A program made the position numbers and the translations under genes. Of a DNA stretch of 64,000 bases, positions 31,662-42,612 are shown piece by piece; positions within the stretch are counted from its first letter, which is position 1, and each line of letters begins with the position of its first letter. Source of the DNA: a plasmid; the sequence record NZ_CP028351.1; one strand, 5' to 3'. The notes below the pieces were generated by a model. That model made no database searches. It was given only the letters and a program-made list of their open reading frames with translations, and was not told the origin of the DNA.

Positions 31662-32246
31662 ATGTCTGATGAGAAACCCGCTGAAGTCCGGCCAGAAGTG
31701 CCCGTTAAAGTCACCTCGCCGCGCCTGACCTATCGGCCACTGAGTCAGGAAGACTGGCCTTTTTATCTTGCGGTCAGTCAGGACAGATCGGTGATGAATT
31801 ACATCAGCGATCCGCGCAGCGCTGAAGAGATCCGAACCCGGTCATTCGACGTGCGCCTGCCAGCCTGGTACAAAGGCTGCACACACTGGCTGTGCCTGGT
31901 CATTGAGGAAAAAGCGACGGGTCTTCCGGCTGGCTTCTGCGGGTTTATCGATCGCGGAGAGGGCATTGCGGAATTTGGTTTTATTCTGGCTGCCCACGCA
32001 CAGAGCAAAGGCTACGGCAGCGAGTCGCTGCATGCCACTATCGCCATCTGCTTTGAGCAACAGGGTTACCGCAAAATGACCGCAACGGTGACGGCAGGCA
32101 ATGTCGCCTCGCGCCGCACGCTGATCTCCGCGGGCTTTATTCAGGAAGGCACTCTGCGGCAGAATTTCTTCCTCGATGGCCAGTGGCAGGATGACTGGAT
32201 TTTCGGATTGCTGAAACAGGATTACCGACCCGGACAGCTAGACTGA
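31662..32246 (+). CDS. GNAT family N-acetyltransferase
   Basis: GNAT motif A region (AHAQSKGYGSESLHATI) and C-terminal motif B. Internal ATG at 31662 chosen as start. Confidence 0.7.
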   Translation: MSDEKPAEVRPEVPVKVTSPRLTYRPLSQEDWPFYLAVSQDRSVMNYISDPRSAEEIRTRSFDVRLPAWYKGCTHWLCLVIEEKATGLPAGFCGFIDRGEGIAEFGFILAAHAQSKGYGSESLHATIAICFEQQGYRKMTATVTAGNVASRRTLISAGFIQEGTLRQNFFLDGQWQDDWIFGLLKQDYRPGQLD

Positions 32247-32291
32247 CGGGCGTCGATAGCCCCCTCTCTTCGGCTGTCAGGGTCAGAATGT

Positions 32292-34421
32292 TCAGGGGGA
32301 TGTGACATCGTAACCGCTGGCAACAGCGGGCACAGAATGCTCCTCGCCGTACAGCATCGCTTCAAAGTCCGCCGGTGTCAGTGGCCGGCACAGGCCATTG
32401 CCCTGCATAATGTGACATCCGGCTGACGTGACAAAGGCGATCTGCTCTTTGTCTTCAACCCCTTCAGCAGCCACCCGAATACCCAGACTTTTGCCGAGTG
32501 CGGTGATAGATCGGAACATCATTCGCACCCGCATGCTGGAGTTCAGCTCGTGCGTCAGCGACTTGTCGATTTTGAAACCTGCCACAAAGCTGTGGCGCAG
32601 CAGATTAATGGCCCCCAGCGTGCGTCCGTAATGATCGATGACAAATGAGGCACCGGTCCGGCGCACCGCTTCAACCTGAACCGGCATATCCTGCACCAGC
32701 ACAGCCAGCAGAGGCTCATCCACTTCCAGCTCAACAAAACCCGCATCGCCGCCGGCACTCTCGCGTATAACGTTTTCCAGGCTGTTCCCTGTCAGCTGAC
32801 GCGGAAACAGATTGATGCTGACACGAAGCTCAGGCGATCGCACCTGCCACTGCCGGACCTGTGCCAGAGCACTGCGGATAATCCATTCCCCCAGCGTTAC
32901 GGAAAGCGGGCTTTTAACCAGCATGCTGATGAAGTCGGCAGGCAACAGCAATCCGCGTGTCGGATGCTGCCAGCGTACCAGCGTCTCGCAGCCAGCCAGT
33001 TTTCCGCTTTCCACGTCGAAGCGGGGCTGATAGTAAAGTGTGAACTGCTGCTGCCGCACCGCCGTTTCCAGTTCGCGTTCAAAACGGCGGCGCTGCTGCT
33101 CCGCTTCACGAAACGCAGGCATAAACAGGATACTGCAGCCTTTGCCTGAGGCTTTGGCACGGTAGAGTGCCAGATCAGCAGCGGACATCACCGCAGAGGG
33201 ATCGCGACCGTGCTCCGGGTAGGAAGCGATGCCGGTACTGGCACCAACCACAACCGGCGAGTCGTGGTAGCGGAACGGCGTCTGTACGGCTGCAATCAGT
33301 TTTTCCGCCGTAATCGCTGCCTCAGCGCTGCCGCCCGCCAGCAGGATCACAAATTCATCACCGCCCAGCCGCGCAGCAGTCACGGCACCGGCACACACTG
33401 CACGAATCTGCTCGGCCACGTGACACAGCAGCGCATCGCCAGCTGCATGTCCCAGCGTATCGTTCACCTCTTTAAAACCATCGAGATCGGTCATCAGTAA
33501 CGTATAGGGAACACCCGCTTTGGTCAGCTGCCCCACCTGATGCATGAACGCGCTACGGCTGGCGAGTCGTGTCAGCATATCCAGAGAAGCCAGCTCACAG
33601 AGCCGCGCCTCACTTTCATAGCGGGCTGTAACGTCGCGGATGATCATGCCCACCAGCCGCTCGCCCTCTTCACGCCAGCCCGAAAATGAGACTTCTGCCG
33701 GGAATTCACGGCCGTCACGCGTGACGCCCCATATCTGCAACGAACGAGGATGAGAGATAGCTGCTTCGTCTGAGGTAATCCGGGCCAGCTCGTTACGGTA
33801 GTCAGTCTGGCAGCGCGCCGGGATCAGCTCGCTGACATACTGACCTCTCATCTCCTCTGCGCTGTAGCCGAAGAGAGCAGTGGCGGCCGGATTCCAGAAG
33901 GTGATGCCGCGCCGCAGGTCGGTACAGACAATGGCGTCGGGTGAGGTGGATGAGATTGCCTGAAGACGCTGCTGACTGGTGTAGCGCAGTAACTCCAGAC
34001 GATGCATCTCCATGCGATCCATCACCAGCGCGGCAATATCGGTCAGATGCGTCCGATCCTCTGCAGTCAGCGGCTCGCGCGGATGACTGTCGGTCAGGCA
34101 GACGGTGCCAATGTGATGACCATCCGGCGTCGAGAGCGGGATCCCGGCATAAAAGCGGATAAAGGGGTAGCCATGAACCAGCGGACTGTCGCGGAAGCGG
34201 GGATCTTTCAGCGTATCGGGCACACACAGGATATCGCCCTGCGCCAGCGTATGGTGGCAGAAGGCGACGTTGCGCGACGTACCGGAAATGTTCAGACCGT
34301 AACGGGAAGCGAAAAACTGTCGCTTCTCATCGATTAGCGATACAAAAGCCACCGGTACGCGGAACAGTCGCGCAGCAAGCGTGGTAAGGCGATCCAGCGC
34401 ATCGGTCGGCGGTGAATCCAT
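32292..34421 (-). CDS. GAF-PAS-GGDEF-EAL c-di-GMP signalling protein (EAL metal-binding motif degenerate)
   Basis: N-terminal GAF (..YPFIRFYAGIPL), a PAS domain, an intact GGDEF (RLGGDEFVILL), and an EAL domain with ETLVRW in which DHYGRTLGA replaces DDFGTGYSS. Confidence 0.85.
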   Translation of the reverse strand: MDSPPTDALDRLTTLAARLFRVPVAFVSLIDEKRQFFASRYGLNISGTSRNVAFCHHTLAQGDILCVPDTLKDPRFRDSPLVHGYPFIRFYAGIPLSTPDGHHIGTVCLTDSHPREPLTAEDRTHLTDIAALVMDRMEMHRLELLRYTSQQRLQAISSTSPDAIVCTDLRRGITFWNPAATALFGYSAEEMRGQYVSELIPARCQTDYRNELARITSDEAAISHPRSLQIWGVTRDGREFPAEVSFSGWREEGERLVGMIIRDVTARYESEARLCELASLDMLTRLASRSAFMHQVGQLTKAGVPYTLLMTDLDGFKEVNDTLGHAAGDALLCHVAEQIRAVCAGAVTAARLGGDEFVILLAGGSAEAAITAEKLIAAVQTPFRYHDSPVVVGASTGIASYPEHGRDPSAVMSAADLALYRAKASGKGCSILFMPAFREAEQQRRRFERELETAVRQQQFTLYYQPRFDVESGKLAGCETLVRWQHPTRGLLLPADFISMLVKSPLSVTLGEWIIRSALAQVRQWQVRSPELRVSINLFPRQLTGNSLENVIRESAGGDAGFVELEVDEPLLAVLVQDMPVQVEAVRRTGASFVIDHYGRTLGAINLLRHSFVAGFKIDKSLTHELNSSMRVRMMFRSITALGKSLGIRVAAEGVEDKEQIAFVTSAGCHIMQGNGLCRPLTPADFEAMLYGEEHSVPAVASGYDVTSP

Positions 34422-34847
34422 CAGATGATACTGCTTAAGTGCATCAAGGCGAGCCGCCTCGGCATCATGATAAACTGGGCGTTTCAGCGTAAATCCCCTC
34501 TGATGTTATCTGCTGTGGCCGGCATGACGCAGCATGAAGAGGACACGTTCAATCAGACAGGACGCGCAGAACTGGCTGCCGACCCGCTACCGGAAGAAAG
34601 GCCCGTCAGTGAACTCTGCAACAATAACCAGCTGCAACGAGTCCGATAATACCGGCATCGCAGACAGCGGGATGCCGGTTAATACGTTATGCCGGGCAGT
34701 GCGGTCGTGACGGTTCGGCGGTTAATAGCGGACCATGCCAGGACAATCCTGCCAGAGCAGATAAGATGCGCGAATTAATGCGCTTCGCTTAGCTCTTTAT
34801 ATCGGCCTGAAATACGTTAACTTCAGGGGAAAAAGCGGCAGAACGCC

Positions 34848-35087
34848 TTACTTTTTAAGCTTTGGAACCAGTTCGTAGTGCGGATGCTCTCCCGCCAGCA
34901 GCATCAGCAGTTCATATTCTCCCTGGCTGAGCAGCGCAGGGTTTTTGGATGCTTCTTTGGTCTGCCAGACGCGCTGGCTAAGGTCGAAACGTTCGGCTGC
35001 AATCTCCTGCGAAAGACCCGCCGCAAGGCGCAGCTCACGTACGTTATGCTGGACGGCAACCGGCCGCTGTAAAATCTGATTTCCCAT
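34848..35087 (-). CDS. XRE-family HTH protein (antitoxin/MqsA-C-terminal-like), solitary
   Basis: HTH (NVRELRLAAGLSQEIAAERFDLSQRVWQ) followed by ..NPALLSQGEYELLMLLAGEHPHYEL. Start assigned to MGNQIL. Confidence 0.5.
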   Translation of the reverse strand: MGNQILQRPVAVQHNVRELRLAAGLSQEIAAERFDLSQRVWQTKEASKNPALLSQGEYELLMLLAGEHPHYELVPKLKK

Positions 35088-35435
35088 ATGAAACGCTCCG
35101 CATACGGTGCCCCGGTGAGATGGCCGGACAATCGAATCCGCTGTGGCCAACACATAAATTTGAGTTAAGTTTTAAATGCGCAGCGATCCGTAATCGTCAG
35201 GAAAGCGTAAAGCTCAGGTAAAACCACAGAGATTAACTGTAATTATATTTAATTCGTGAACCGGATAATTATTGCACCGCTGAGAATAACCCTCGCCCTT
35301 CTGAATAGTGATTATGATCAGGTAATGATTAACATTCATCACTGTCTGAAAAAGATGACTTTTTTCATCCAGAAATAAAAGAGAGTGAATATTAACCATT
35401 ATTTTACTTTACAGATCTGTTATCTGCAGATGAAT

Positions 35436-35465
35436 AAAATAGCCGGTCAGGCTATGCCTGACCGG
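35436..35465 (-). terminator. Rho-independent terminator after the MCP gene
   Basis: CCGGTCAGG-ctatg-CCTGACCGG stem with a T-rich tail on the minus strand. Confidence 0.5.
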
Positions 35466-35502
35466 AACCCACACGGCCACGTGTGTCTAATCCATGCAAA
35501 TG

Positions 35503-36885
35503 TCAGTTCACTATCCCGACAACCTGCGGTGGCAGGGTGAAGCGGGTAATAACGCTGCCCAGCGTTTCAGTCTGTCCGCTAAGGCTGCCTGCCGTTGCCG
35601 AAACCTGCTGGACCAGCGTCGCGTTCTGCTGCGTAACGCGGTCAAGTTCAGCCACCGCCACGGTGACCTGGGCAATCCCTTTGCTCTGCTCATCCGAGGC
35701 CAGCGCAATCTGTCCAATCAGCTCATTGACGCCGCCGACACCGCGCAGCACGGCTTCCATAGTCGTTCCGGCACTCTCTGCCGCCCGCCGGCCATCATCC
35801 ACGCGTGCCACGGTATCGGCTATCAGCTCTTCGATCTCTCTGGAGGCCGCAGCACTTCGCTGGGCCAGTGAACGTACCTCACTGGCAACCACCGCGAAAC
35901 CGCGGCCCTGCTCGCCCGCACGCGCGGCTTCTACGGCGGCGTTGAGCGCCAGAATATTGGTCTGAAATGCGATGCCATTGATGGTGGCGGTGAACTGCCG
36001 GATTTTCTCTGATCCCTGCGCGATGCTGGTGATGGCTGCCGACACCCGCTGAACCAGCTCCACGCCCTGATGGGTCGTATTCGTGGTGCTGGCGGCCAGT
36101 TCACGCGCTTCACGGGCATTCTGTGCATTATGACGCACGGTAACCGTGATCTCTTCCATGCTGGCGGCGGTCTGCTCCAGCGCAGCGGCCTGAGTGGAGG
36201 TCCGGTCAGAGAGATCGGCGTTACCTGCTGCGATGTCGCCAGCCTCACGATGAAGAATGGCTGCGTTGTCGTGAATAGCGCTAACCGTCTGCAACAGACT
36301 GTGCTGCATCTCTTTAACCAGCGGCACCAGCTGCCCGACGCAGTTGCGACCCAGATCTTCCGGCTCGCGCGTCAGGTCACCTCCGGCAATAATTTTTAAA
36401 TGCCCGCGGATTTTACCCACCGGACGCACCAGATGGACGACCAGATAGCGGTCGCAAAACAGCAGCAACGCGAAGGCTGCCAGCAGTGCCGCCAGCAGTA
36501 TGCGCTCGAGCTGACGCCGGTCGGCGTTAAGAACGGCCTGATTTTGCGCCAGCTGCTGCGTCACGCTATCCAGCTTCGCACGGGTAACCGTTGCATACTC
36601 TGAGGGTGAGGTCGTAAGTGCTGCGCGAAAGCTATCCCAGTCAGCACTGGCCGGGGTTAAGGCGACCAGGGCGTTTTTGTCTGCGTCTGTTCCACCCTGC
36701 ATAACAAGAGCGCTGTGCGTAAGAAAACTCAGTTGCTGCGTCAGAACAGCTGAGCGATCGGTCTGACGATAAATATCCCGCACAATCTGACTGCTGTAGC
36801 CACCTGCCAGCGCGACCACGCCCAGTGAGACGATCATTATCCACAGCACAACGCGGCGAATAGTGAAATGCCTGAGTGAGTTCAT
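35503..36885 (-). CDS. Methyl-accepting chemotaxis protein (4-helix-bundle sensor, HAMP, MA domain)
   Basis: Highly conserved MCP signalling domain (..[33 protein letters not shown]..) and two TM segments. ATG at 36885 preferred; the ORF track's TTG at 36930 is unlikely. Confidence 0.85.
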   Translation of the reverse strand: MNSLRHFTIRRVVLWIMIVSLGVVALAGGYSSQIVRDIYRQTDRSAVLTQQLSFLTHSALVMQGGTDADKNALVALTPASADWDSFRAALTTSPSEYATVTRAKLDSVTQQLAQNQAVLNADRRQLERILLAALLAAFALLLFCDRYLVVHLVRPVGKIRGHLKIIAGGDLTREPEDLGRNCVGQLVPLVKEMQHSLLQTVSAIHDNAAILHREAGDIAAGNADLSDRTSTQAAALEQTAASMEEITVTVRHNAQNAREARELAASTTNTTHQGVELVQRVSAAITSIAQGSEKIRQFTATINGIAFQTNILALNAAVEAARAGEQGRGFAVVASEVRSLAQRSAAASREIEELIADTVARVDDGRRAAESAGTTMEAVLRGVGGVNELIGQIALASDEQSKGIAQVTVAVAELDRVTQQNATLVQQVSATAGSLSGQTETLGSVITRFTLPPQVVGIVN

Positions 36886-37232
36886 GAGGTTTTCCCCGAT
36901 GTTGTCATTGGTGTAGTTAAAATCAAACAAAAATAAGTTATGTCATCTACTTTAATGCGTTATTATATAGTGCACTATGTTTGTGCTTACTATCCTGGCA
37001 GGGTATTCCAGAAATTAAAAGTTTTTAGCGACAAAATAATAGAATCGTCATTCATAAAATATTTCGTTAAAGAAAAAGGATTTGCTATTCTGCTCAGGAC
37101 TGGCAGGCAATGTAATAAAAAATAAATCGTCATGGCTCTTTCTTTTTACAGAAATAGACTGTAGTCATGACGCTATAACCTTCAATTTTTCTGTTTAGTT
37201 TCGCTCCGTAACCAGCCGGCGCGGAGGAATCC

Positions 37233-39014
37233 ATGCTTATGAGCCTTAGCGGCGGCGACGATTGCCGTACGCGAACCCTGCACGCGCTGCGCAGTAACGA
37301 CGAGAGTCGTGACGATGTGTTGCGACAGTTCGTCCGGCTGGCCAGCCAGGCCATTGGCATTCCCGGCAGCTTTATCTCCGTTCTGGATGATGAGATGCAG
37401 CACGTCAAAGCGGCGCACAATTTCACACTGACTCAATCCACGCGACAGGACTCGCTCTGCCGGCACGCCGTGGACAGTGACAGTACAGTAGTGGTGCCCG
37501 ATACTCTGCTGGATAGCCGTTTTGCTGCCCATAAGCTGATTACAGGCGCGCCTTTTATCCGTTTCTATGCTGGCGTGCCGCTTAAAAGCAGTACCGGTCT
37601 GATTCTCGGTACACTCTGCGTGACCGACACGGCACCTCATCGCTTCAGTGACGATCAGGTGGCGATGCTGAAAATGCTGGCCGCGCTGGTGATGTCTTTT
37701 CTTGACGCCTGGTACTCGGCTGGCTTTGCCGACCCGGTAACCGGCCTGCCCAATCGTCAGCGTCTGATCCGCGACCTGCAGTTCCTTGCCGCCTCCGGAG
37801 ACACCACGCCACGGCGGCTGGTGCTGATTGACTGTATCAATATGCCGCGTGCTTACGAGCTGGCGCGCTCAATGGGCATGGGGCCGGTTGAAAGTCTGCT
37901 GAAGGATGTGGCAACACTGCTGCCGCTGCGTCTGCGCCCAGCCCCGGGAGAAATGCTTTACACCGTAGCAACCGGACGCTTTGCCCTGCTGACACGGCAG
38001 GAGAGCAGACTCACTGCCAGCTGGGTGGCCAATAAGCTGGCCGGGATCAGCGCCGATCTGGGTGATGGGCTATCGGTTGCGCTGATGACCCACACCGGTG
38101 AGGCAAGTTTCAACACGGGTGAGATGCCTGCCCAGGAGATCCTGCGGCGTGCAGTCAGCGCGTTGCACGAAGCCATTACCCGCAACGTTGCCTCAATGCC
38201 GTTCAGTGAAGCCACTGATACGCGCCATACCCAGGATTTCACCCTGATGCATGACCTGGCCACTGCTATACGCCAGGATAAAGGGTTATGGCTCGCCTGG
38301 CAGCCGAAAATCTGCCTTCACAGCGGTAAGCCGATAGGACTGGAAGCGCTGATCCGCTGGCAGCATCCGCAGCGCGGCGAGCTTTCACCTGCGCAGTTTT
38401 TGCCCGTTGCCGGGCAAACCCAACTGCTTACAGAGCTGACCGCCTGGGTCACAGAGCACGCCATCGCCCGTTTGTCCCGTCTTCGCGACAGCTATATTCA
38501 GCTGCCCATCACCATTAACGTCAGCAGCAGCGATTTTTCCCGTGACGGTTTTGCTGACGAACTGGAAGAACAGATGCTAAGAGCGAAGCTGCCGGTTTCA
38601 CTGCTGGGCATTGAGTGTCTGGAAACAGAACGGATTCTGGAAAGCCCCACCGCGATGCAGGGGCTTGAGATGCTGAAGCTACGGGGATTTGGTATTTCAC
38701 TGGATGACTTCGGGACCGGCTACAGTAACATCAGTTATCTGCGGCGCATGCCGCTGGATGTGATCAAGCTGGACCGCTCACTGATCAGTGAAATTTCGTC
38801 TGACACCGCATCGCGCGTCATTGCCCGCAGTATCATTGCGATGCTCAAGGACCTTGATTACATGGTGCTGGCTGAAGGCGTTGAGAATGCGGAAACCGTT
38901 ACGGCGCTGACCGAGTTCGGCTGCGACCAGGCTCAGGGATTTTTCTACTCCAGGCCGCTGCCAGAAGCGGCGCTGGATGAGTGGCTCGGCTGGCGATTAC
39001 GCAGTAAGTGCTGA
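37233..39014 (+). CDS. GAF / degenerate-GGDEF / EAL c-di-GMP phosphodiesterase
   Basis: GAF N-terminus. The middle domain has no GG[DE]EF motif. The EAL is intact (EALIRWQHP, DDFGTGYSNISYL, KLDRSLI, EGVE, QGF). Confidence 0.85.
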   Translation: MLMSLSGGDDCRTRTLHALRSNDESRDDVLRQFVRLASQAIGIPGSFISVLDDEMQHVKAAHNFTLTQSTRQDSLCRHAVDSDSTVVVPDTLLDSRFAAHKLITGAPFIRFYAGVPLKSSTGLILGTLCVTDTAPHRFSDDQVAMLKMLAALVMSFLDAWYSAGFADPVTGLPNRQRLIRDLQFLAASGDTTPRRLVLIDCINMPRAYELARSMGMGPVESLLKDVATLLPLRLRPAPGEMLYTVATGRFALLTRQESRLTASWVANKLAGISADLGDGLSVALMTHTGEASFNTGEMPAQEILRRAVSALHEAITRNVASMPFSEATDTRHTQDFTLMHDLATAIRQDKGLWLAWQPKICLHSGKPIGLEALIRWQHPQRGELSPAQFLPVAGQTQLLTELTAWVTEHAIARLSRLRDSYIQLPITINVSSSDFSRDGFADELEEQMLRAKLPVSLLGIECLETERILESPTAMQGLEMLKLRGFGISLDDFGTGYSNISYLRRMPLDVIKLDRSLISEISSDTASRVIARSIIAMLKDLDYMVLAEGVENAETVTALTEFGCDQAQGFFYSRPLPEAALDEWLGWRLRSKC

Positions 39015-39038
39015 TTCTGTCTTCCCTGCCCCGTAATC

Positions 39039-40622
39039 TTATCTGGCAGACTCAGGCGTACTGAATCCGTCCGGCCCGGCAATGATAACCGTATTGCGCC
39101 CGGCCGCTTTCGCCTCATAAAGCGCTTCATCCGCCCGGCGCAACAGCGCATCGCGATCGCGACTCTGGTCATCCCGTGAAGCCACGCCTGCTGATATGGT
39201 CATCGTACCGGCGAACGGGAAGGTGGTGGCGCAGACGGTCTCGCGGATGCGTTCCGCGGTGCGGGCAGCATCGGCCAGCGTCGTGTCCGGCAGCAGCAGT
39301 ATAAACTCCTCGCCACCAAACCGGCTGACGATATCGCCGGTTCGGCAGGCCTGACGCAGCAACGCCGCCAGGCTCACCAGGACCGCATCGCCCGCGTCAT
39401 GCCCATACCAGTCATTGATCTTCTTGAAATGGTCAATATCAATCGCGATGATACACTGTTCATGCTCACTGTCTGCCTGCGCCGCCAGCGCCGAAAATCC
39501 GCGACGGTTGCAGAGCCCGGTCAGCGGATCGGTCATTGCTTCATCGTTAAGCGCAGCCAGATGGCCTGCCACGGCATGGCGATGCGCCTGCACCGCTTCT
39601 TTGAGCCGGTCAGCCTCGTAATACCAGGTTTTGACAGTGGCGAGTGACTCCGCCTGTGCTTCGCTGCCGCCATCCCGCACTCTGTCCGCCAGCTTTTCCA
39701 GTGGCGAAGCGATCCGTCCAGCCATAAAAGCAATCACGCCAGCCGTTACGAGAATAATGCCCAGAACGAACCAGATGGCGCTTTCTGCCGTGCGCAGCAG
39801 AATATGCCTGACCGTTTCAGAGGTGCCGGTAATAAACACATTCCAGCCGGTTTTATGCAGCGTGCCATAGCCGGTCAGAAAGTTTTGCCCCCCATTTTCC
39901 AGGGTAAAATGTCCACTTTCCGTAGTGGACAGACGCTTCTGCAGAGCCAGGCTCAGCAGCATCTTCGTTCCGACGAGCGCCGGATCATGACTGAAAATAA
40001 TCAGCCCCTCATTGCTGACCACGCTGACCGTCGAGCCTTTGGTATAAAAATGCTGGCTAAGGATCTCACTCAGCATGCTCTGTTTTTTAAGATAAATGGT
40101 GCCGCCGATATAGCCCAGATAGCCCCCTTCTTCGCTGAACAGCGGCTGAGATAAAAACACCACATAGTTTCCGGCGGCAGAGGTAAAGGGCGCTGAGATA
40201 AAGGGCTTACGGGTGGCAATAGCCTGCAGACTGGCTGCTGAGTGAAGTTTCATGCCTGTCAGATTCAGGCTATCCGGTGAGGTTGCCGCAATAATGGCAT
40301 CGTGGTTAACCACCACCACCGAGTTGAAAAAGCCTGACTGCATGCGCAGACGATCGGCCTCTGCTTTTAGCTGTTTCAGATCGCTAAGGCCCTTGATCTG
40401 CGATGCACTCCAGGCCAGTTCCCGTTGTGCTGTTGTCAGGTAACGATCAGTGGTATCGGCCAGTTTGCGGGCATAGGCAATGTTTCCTTCAAGCAGGCTG
40501 TCTTCAATATTAGCCTTCTGAAACAGTAGCAGCGCACTCAGCAGCAGACCCGAGGTCAGAATGACGCCCCCAATGGAAAGCAGAGTCAGCAGCGAACGAA
40601 GGCGCATTTTTTCATGGAACAT
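39039..40622 (-). CDS. Diguanylate cyclase with periplasmic double-Cache sensor (dCache-TM-GGDEF)
   Basis: Signal/TM segment, a Cache-like periplasmic region and a C-terminal GGDEF with an active RFGGEEFILLL motif. Convergent with the PDE gene. Confidence 0.85.
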   Translation of the reverse strand: MFHEKMRLRSLLTLLSIGGVILTSGLLLSALLLFQKANIEDSLLEGNIAYARKLADTTDRYLTTAQRELAWSASQIKGLSDLKQLKAEADRLRMQSGFFNSVVVVNHDAIIAATSPDSLNLTGMKLHSAASLQAIATRKPFISAPFTSAAGNYVVFLSQPLFSEEGGYLGYIGGTIYLKKQSMLSEILSQHFYTKGSTVSVVSNEGLIIFSHDPALVGTKMLLSLALQKRLSTTESGHFTLENGGQNFLTGYGTLHKTGWNVFITGTSETVRHILLRTAESAIWFVLGIILVTAGVIAFMAGRIASPLEKLADRVRDGGSEAQAESLATVKTWYYEADRLKEAVQAHRHAVAGHLAALNDEAMTDPLTGLCNRRGFSALAAQADSEHEQCIIAIDIDHFKKINDWYGHDAGDAVLVSLAALLRQACRTGDIVSRFGGEEFILLLPDTTLADAARTAERIRETVCATTFPFAGTMTISAGVASRDDQSRDRDALLRRADEALYEAKAAGRNTVIIAGPDGFSTPESAR

Positions 40623-41699
40623 TGCAGTCGGGATCCGGATGAAGTATCACCTCAGTGTAACAGTTGATGCTTAACGTCAAGGGAAGAACAGAAGAGGATT
40701 TACAGTGGATCACGCTGCATTGCCGGGCGCAGGACAAATCCGTACGGGCTTGCATAAGGCCTTGTTGAGCATTTATCAGGCACTGATAAATAGCAGCCGA
40801 AAATAATTAAGCAGTAATAATGAAACGGATTAAGCCGCGACCGGCTCAGGTGAGACGCCTTATTATCGCCAAGCGCCAGCATGAGGTGCTGCAGGCACGA
40901 AAAATAACGGGGCAGAATCTGCCCCGTTTATCATCATGAATGAAATTCCCGTAAAACAGCTAAATGAAATCTGCGTTGTGAATACGCAGTCAGGCACAGG
41001 ATTACTCATTACGGTCGGATTAACGCCAGAACGAATTAATATAAGAACGGCTGCTGAGTTTTTTAATAAACTGATGCGGGCAGGTAAAGCGACACCCTTC
41101 CCACTCCAGATTAATCCACTGAAATTAATCATTTTTAATTTTATCCAGCAGGCTCACCGCCTGCATGGGCGTCTGGAAAGCATAAGCCTTCATAACTCCC
41201 TCTTTGGTACATAAATCAATATGGACCATGTGCCCCCCGGAGTTAAAAAGATCGTATATTTTATAATTATTGAACAGCCTGTTTAGCATAATCCATTTAC
41301 CGTCCGCCAATTATCTGATTCCGTAATATTTACGTAAAAAAAATACTTTATTTTTCATTTAATTTTCGGGCAACTTAGCTCTATTGCATCAATTAATTTG
41401 ACCATGTTTGCGTAACGTGCCAAAAGCCGGGGAAATGCTCTTTTTTTTAAATCAGCAAGCCGGCGGAGATAATAAGCGCGCAGGAGGATGACGTTTATCT
41501 GACTGCATTTGAGGCATGAGACCGCGCGCGCGGCAGGACCGGCACCTTCATGAAACGCCAAAAAATTCGTGCTGACCGATGCGATGGTGATGGTCATAAA
41601 GCGAACGCATCGTTTACACTCTCAGCAGCCTTATCGGCACGGTTATATCGTGTACGCAGAGAGGCAGGAGATTACTGACGGCGGGCAATAAGGAATCTT

Positions 41700-42611
41700 A
41701 TGCTGAATTATATGGTATCGCTCTACCGTACTGTGCCTGTCTCATCTGAATGTCTCAGCGACTGGCTTACCCGCTGGCTGGCGCAGCAGCAGGCCCGGTG
41801 CCATGATCATCACTTCTCCGCCGCCTTTCCCTGGCGTGAAACCAGCCTGCCCCAGCACACGTTTTTGCAGCGCGAACTGACGATTAACGGCCAGCGTTTT
41901 CTCACCGGCCCGCGCTATCTGGGGGGCGACCCCGCTCAGCCTTTTATTGAAATCGTGGCCCGTGATGGCGCACTGGATTACGCAGCCGCAGCCGCCATCA
42001 TGCGTGAGTGGCAAACGATCAGGCCGCTGAAGATGCGTATTCTGCTGCCGGCCACGGATCCTGATATTGGTATAACCGATCAGCTGATTTACCTCAGCGT
42101 TCCAGGCTTACACTCCGCGTCTCACGACGATGAGATTTCGCTGATTACGGCCTGTCGGAAAGATTATGCCCTCTGTAGCTCCGCCATTAACCGCGCTTAT
42201 CATGCCAGCTGGCACACGCTGCCGCATCTGCGGGATCAGTTGCTGGCCACCAGCAGGCAGGAATTACGAGACGATATTGCCGGGGGGCATGTGTTTCTGA
42301 TCCTCTGGCAGGGCATGGTGGCGGGGCTGATGATTTGTGTGCCGCGACGACTGGCCTTTATTGAAGGATTTCAGATCATGGATGAGGTGATTTTGCCGGC
42401 GTATCAGGGCCGTGGACTCGCTGCACGCGCTCAGCAGCGTTTGCTGCAGCAGCTTCACCATTACTGCGGTCATGATGCGATGCTGACCGGCACCATTCTG
42501 CCCGGCAATACGCCGTCTCTGCGAAGCGCGCAAAATGCCGGACGGCGCTGCGTGCTGAAATATCACTTTTTTACCCCCGCTGATTTACGGGCGGAGCGCC
42601 GGGCCATTTAA
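41700..42611 (+). CDS. Two-domain protein with C-terminal GNAT acetyltransferase fold; N-terminal ~180 aa of unknown function
   Basis: C-terminal ..ILPAYQGRGLAARAQQRLLQQ.. resembles the GNAT motif A region; the N-terminal part has no recognised signature. Confidence 0.5.
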   Translation: MLNYMVSLYRTVPVSSECLSDWLTRWLAQQQARCHDHHFSAAFPWRETSLPQHTFLQRELTINGQRFLTGPRYLGGDPAQPFIEIVARDGALDYAAAAAIMREWQTIRPLKMRILLPATDPDIGITDQLIYLSVPGLHSASHDDEISLITACRKDYALCSSAINRAYHASWHTLPHLRDQLLATSRQELRDDIAGGHVFLILWQGMVAGLMICVPRRLAFIEGFQIMDEVILPAYQGRGLAARAQQRLLQQLHHYCGHDAMLTGTILPGNTPSLRSAQNAGRRCVLKYHFFTPADLRAERRAI

Positions 42612-42612
42612 A

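Noticed and set aside
36930-36930. ORF-track start of the MCP at a TTG (MFDFNY..)
   Set aside because: The codon is TTG with no RBS. The in-frame ATG at 36885 (MNSLRHF..) gives a normal MCP N-terminus with TM1.
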